Shown: one piece after another, positions 17,121 through 20,000 of the stretch
Position numbering within the stretch: position 1 is the stretch's first letter
How the letters are laid out: each line of letters starts with the position of its first letter
IMG/VR virus record: IMGVR_UViG_3300009154_000046
Location: 55,076 to 75,075 of that record
Length of the DNA stretch: 20,000 nucleotides
Source: an uncultured virus (IMG/VR IMGVR_UViG_3300009154_000046)
Taxonomy: Duplodnaviria; Heunggongvirae; Uroviricota; Caudoviricetes
Reading direction: 5' to 3' (one strand)
Program-made: the position numbers and the translations under genes
The notes under the pieces: model-generated
Told to the model about the DNA's origin: nothing
Seen by the model: only the letters and a program-made list of their open reading frames with translations
The model's database searches: none

Positions 17121-18497
17121 TTATCCTAATTTGTATAATTTATATTTTTTTCTTGGTTGCCAATTTTCAAATGCCGTTTCCATTCCGTCTATTAATGTTT
17201 TACACATATTTTGCGTACTCAATCCACCTTCGCCTAATAACCAATCTCTACCTGCCAATCCTGCGGATTTTCTATCCTCTTTTGGAGTTTCGTACCATTC
17301 TCTGATTAAAGGAGTAATATCAGCGTAATCAACTCTATCATCAAAAATATATGGAGTTAGAATTGAACCTGCCGTTGAACGAACTGGAAAAATTGGCTTT
17401 ACCCATTCGCCATGTTTAATTTTTTCATATTTCTTTTTATTGTGCAATGAACCAATCGTTATATAATCATCTGCTGTAAGATACTTACCGTCTATTTCAA
17501 ATCCACATTGGTCTTGCAATCCGCCGGTAACATTTACTATTATCGGTGTACCTGCCATAATACTTTCAGCCGTTGCTAATCCAAATCCTTCATTTGAAGC
17601 CACATTAATTGTAACATCTGCTATGTTATATAGGTAATTCAACTCAAGTTCTGTATAATTAGTTTGGTCGAATATAACGGTTGAATTTGGTGCGCAATCT
17701 TTTATTACAGTATACAAATCCGTTCCGTTTTCATCTACAGGTTTTGTATGCATTAATAAACAAATCTTATCACGTTTTTCTTTTGGCAATTCTTTTACAA
17801 AATCTTCAAATGCAAGTATAATATCAGTTGATTGCTTTCTACGGATATTTCTATTATTCCAATATAATACAAAATCGTATTCTTTACCACCAAGTATATT
17901 TTTCTTAAAATCAGCCGGTACATCTACTGGCTTATACAATTCCGAATTAATACCGTGTGGTACATAGCTAACTTGCCAATCCTTTGCAGAGTCCCATTGT
18001 GGTTCGGCAGTTGAGCCGTATACACGTTTGGTTATACCATATGTTTGTTTTGAAATACAACCTATCCAATCACAACTTTCGTAGTAATCACGATTATATT
18101 TTGGATCCGGAAGGTCATCCCATATATGATAGAAAAACAAAGGTACTGATTGGCGTATCTCATGTTCAATATCATATAACCAAATCCAATAACGTGGGTC
18201 TGTGAAGTGTAAGATTGCATCTGGTTGCTCCACCATAATTAATTGGCGTATAACATCTGCATTGCCATATCCATTGAACGGTATTATTTTAACTGATGCA
18301 TCGGTTACTCCCGTAGCACGTTTTATATCTTCGCTTAAGTCCAACATCTTTCCTTCTTCGGGATGATTGATTGCTGCTCCCAATTGTACCCAATCATACT
18401 TATCTACAGTTCCCAAAACCAATTGTTTGGAAACATTAGCAATACCACTTGCCATTCTTAAATCATCCGAAAGTAACAAAATTTTCTTTTTTTTCAT
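17121..18497 (-). CDS. GT4-like (GT-B) glycosyltransferase
   Basis: KILLLSDD..SG, YVPHGI, NRNIRRK and NEGFGLATAES..AGTPII..TGGL (EX7E). The true start is likely ATG at 18497 (MKKKKILL); the track's 18566 start overlaps the upstream gene. Confidence 0.85.
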   Translation of the reverse strand: MKKKKILLLSDDLRMASGIANVSKQLVLGTVDKYDWVQLGAAINHPEEGKMLDLSEDIKRATGVTDASVKIIPFNGYGNADVIRQLIMVEQPDAILHFTDPRYWIWLYDIEHEIRQSVPLFFYHIWDDLPDPKYNRDYYESCDWIGCISKQTYGITKRVYGSTAEPQWDSAKDWQVSYVPHGINSELYKPVDVPADFKKNILGGKEYDFVLYWNNRNIRRKQSTDIILAFEDFVKELPKEKRDKICLLMHTKPVDENGTDLYTVIKDCAPNSTVIFDQTNYTELELNYLYNIADVTINVASNEGFGLATAESIMAGTPIIVNVTGGLQDQCGFEIDGKYLTADDYITIGSLHNKKKYEKIKHGEWVKPIFPVRSTAGSILTPYIFDDRVDYADITPLIREWYETPKEDRKSAGLAGRDWLLGEGGLSTQNMCKTLIDGMETAFENWQPRKKYKLYKLG

Positions 18498-18525
18498 AAC
18501 TTGTTTAATATAATTATTGTTTATT

Positions 18526-19398
18526 TTATTTTTTTGCATCACACAATCCACGCTCAAAGAACTCACAATACATACAAAGTTTTGATGGTTTTTTTGGATA
18601 TTCTATATCGGTTTTATAGTTTCCTTCTACATCAAATACCGTATCTACGAACTCTTTAAAGTTATTCCATGCTTTATTTATAGATGGTTTGCCGTTTGCT
18701 GGAATATGCTTTGATATTCTCGGAATAACAAATTCTGCGTTATCCATTACCTTTCTTTTAAGGATAATAAACTCCACGTCAATAATATCAGGAGATACAC
18801 TTAGGAGCTCTGCATAAAACTTTTTATATATTAGTATTTGTGCATTCTTAACTGGATCTGATTTTTGATATTTGCTCCATCCCTTTGTAGATGTTTTTAA
18901 ATCTATAATACGATACCTACCATTGAAGTTATCTCGTATAACCAAATCTATAAATCCTATAAAATTAACATTATCTGCTAATTTTACGTTTAATGGTTGC
19001 TCTATTGCAACTAATTCATCATGCTTTAAAGAAAAGAACTTGTTGAAGTTTTTTGATTTTTGAAAATACTCTAATATGGTATTTCCGTCTTGCAAAAATT
19101 CAACAAGTTCTTCTTTGGTACATATTTCTTCGTTGCCTATTTCGCCTTCAACCTCTTTTAAGTAACACTCTCTCATTTTTAATTTAAGAGTTTCTTTTAA
19201 ATCCATTAGCTTATCGGCCTGCGATTTTGATATCCTTAAACACTTATCAAGGTATTCTTGTATGGTTTCATGCATTGCCGTTCCAAATAGAGTATGAATA
19301 CTCCCACCACCTGTTTTTAGGTTATCTATATATGCTAATTTGTATTGTTGTGGACATCCACTCCACATACTATATTGCGAAAATGATACTCTAGCCAT
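18526..19398 (-). CDS. PD-(D/E)XK nuclease, Cas4/RecB/AddB-like, with probable 4Fe-4S Cys motif
   Basis: SFSQY..W..CP, FGTAMHE, IEQ, GFIDL, IIDLKT, Q..IY and C-terminal CMYCEF....LC. Confidence 0.85.
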   Translation of the reverse strand: MARVSFSQYSMWSGCPQQYKLAYIDNLKTGGGSIHTLFGTAMHETIQEYLDKCLRISKSQADKLMDLKETLKLKMRECYLKEVEGEIGNEEICTKEELVEFLQDGNTILEYFQKSKNFNKFFSLKHDELVAIEQPLNVKLADNVNFIGFIDLVIRDNFNGRYRIIDLKTSTKGWSKYQKSDPVKNAQILIYKKFYAELLSVSPDIIDVEFIILKRKVMDNAEFVIPRISKHIPANGKPSINKAWNNFKEFVDTVFDVEGNYKTDIEYPKKPSKLCMYCEFFERGLCDAKK

Positions 19399-19414
19399 AA
19401 CTTCTTTATTTAAG

Positions 19415-19446
19415 TAAATATACGAAAAATAGTTGGATTTACCAAC
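19415..19446 (-). promoter_or_regulatory. Variant Bacteroidota-type promoter upstream of the nuclease/glycosyltransferase run
   Basis: Minus strand reads GTTG(19446-19443)-N20-TATATTTA(19422-19415). Spacing equals the other two sites, with one mismatch in each box. Confidence 0.5.
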
Positions 19447-19449
19447 TAT
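19425..19449 (-). terminator. Possible intrinsic terminator hairpin after the clamp-loader gene
   Basis: Minus strand TAGTTGG-TAAAT-CCAACTA followed by TTTTT. The stem extends to 8 bp (ATAGTTGG/CCAACTAT) and overlaps the TAG stop codon. Confidence 0.4.
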
Positions 19450-19898
19450 ATTTTCAATTTTAATTTACCTATTTCTTTCTTATCAGTGCCATACAATTCA
19501 CATATATATTTTATATTTTCTCTACCTTCTCTGGTAGCATACAATACTTCTATATAATCGGTTGCCTGTCTTTCGGAGCATTGATAATGTTTTACTATTA
19601 AATCTAATAAAAATTTTTCATATTTATCTTCTGCTTTTCCCTTTGTATATTTTAAATACTGCTTACCTTTCGGAAGAACATTTATGTATAACTTATACAT
19701 TTCTTCGGGTTCAAGAGTTTGTGATAGTGGTAGTAATGTGGCAATCAATTCTACCCACTCCGGCTTCATTGAAAGAAAACGATTAATCATAAAGTTACTC
19801 CAACTTTTAACATCCTCTTCGGTCAATGTTTTAAAATAGTCGGGGTTTTGCTCCGATGTAATAGCGTTTAAGTGGTCAAATAACTTTTTGGCTGCCAT
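19446..19898 (-). CDS. Phage sliding-clamp loader small subunit (T4 gp62-like)
   Basis: LFDHLNAIT, SNFMINRFLSM, YINVLPKGKQYLKY and HYQCSERQA.DYIEVL follow the motif order of gp62-like proteins of T4-like/large phages; 150 aa. Confidence 0.75.
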   Translation of the reverse strand: MAAKKLFDHLNAITSEQNPDYFKTLTEEDVKSWSNFMINRFLSMKPEWVELIATLLPLSQTLEPEEMYKLYINVLPKGKQYLKYTKGKAEDKYEKFLLDLIVKHYQCSERQATDYIEVLYATREGRENIKYICELYGTDKKEIGKLKLKI

Positions 19899-19899
19899 A

Positions 19900-20000
19900 T
19901 TATTGTATAGTTGGTTTATCTTTTAATTCTTCAGGTAAAAGTTCTTGTAAAGGCTTTCCACATTGTGTACACAAGTACAACTGAATTGGTAATACTGAAT
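19900..20000 (-). CDS. C-terminal part of a small probable Zn-ribbon protein; start lies outside the window
   Basis: Manual translation ...SVLPIQLYLCTQCGKPLQELLPEELKDKPTIQ*. It has a CxxC motif, and its stop lies 1 nt before the clamp-loader ATG. Confidence 0.65.
   Translation of the reverse strand, partial: SVLPIQLYLCTQCGKPLQELLPEELKDKPTIQ

Noticed and set aside
18487..18494. Homopolymer A8 tracts at gene starts (also near 6093-6100) as phase-variation switches
   Set aside because: They are short, in-frame runs in Lys-rich N-termini, expected in AT-rich DNA, with no sign of frameshift.
1..18497. Interpretation as an ordinary bacterial O-antigen or capsule locus
   Set aside because: No wzx/wzy/wzm/wzt/kps or initiating transferase is present, and the locus is contiguous with phage-type clamp-loader and nuclease genes. 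It cannot be fully excluded without flanking sequence.
18498..18525. Possible phage late-promoter-like AT motif (ATAATTATAT) before the GT4
   Set aside because: It is a single low-complexity occurrence that cannot be distinguished from AT-rich background in this window.
18498..18566. N-terminal extension of the 481-aa GT4 given in the ORF track
   Set aside because: It overlaps the nuclease gene by 41 nt. The ATG at 18497 has the typical start context and begins the domain.
18526..19398. CRISPR-Cas locus suggested by the Cas4-like gene
   Set aside because: No repeat-spacer array or other cas gene was seen in the window.
1066..19786. All short plus-strand ORFs in the track (60-94 aa)
   Set aside because: They are antisense shadows lying within or across well-supported minus-strand genes and show no recognisable motifs.
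1..20000. Eukaryotic giant virus (NCLDV) origin
   Set aside because: Overlapping operon-style gene packing, bacterial promoter motifs and a gp62-like subunit argue for a bacteriophage.
1..20000. Stop-codon reassignment, as in some Bacteroidota phages
   Set aside because: Genes are full length in the standard code, and TAG (6110, 19446) and TGA (9616, 14572) end genes at sensible positions.

Overview
This AT-rich window carries about 26 tightly packed genes, all on the minus strand, with many abutting or overlapping stop/start junctions. It most likely comes from a large tailed phage of a Bacteroidota host. The right end encodes a T4 gp62-like clamp-loader small subunit, a partial Cys-motif (probable Zn-ribbon) protein and a Cas4/RecB-like PD-(D/E)XK nuclease. 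Intergenic gaps hold Bacteroidota-type promoters (TTTG-N20-TATATTTG), and no Shine-Dalgarno sequences were seen. The remaining ~18.5 kb is a glycan-biosynthesis island with eight putative glycosyltransferases, two methyltransferases and at least four apparent donor-sugar modules: (i) cupin isomerase + nucleotidyltransferase/kinase fusion + GatZ/KbaZ-like enzyme + HAD phosphatase, a route I cannot match to a described pathway; (ii) DegT aminotransferase + FabH + FabG-like reductase + GNAT, suggesting an N-(3-hydroxyacyl) amino sugar; (iii) SDR + C-methyltransferase, suggesting a branched methyl sugar; (iv) GT11 + Fcl/ColC + ColD-like enzyme, suggesting fucose or colitose. No flippase, polymerase, exporter or evident membrane protein is present, so the acceptor is probably cytoplasmic (virion protein or DNA). 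All family calls come from motif recognition by eye, not from database searches.
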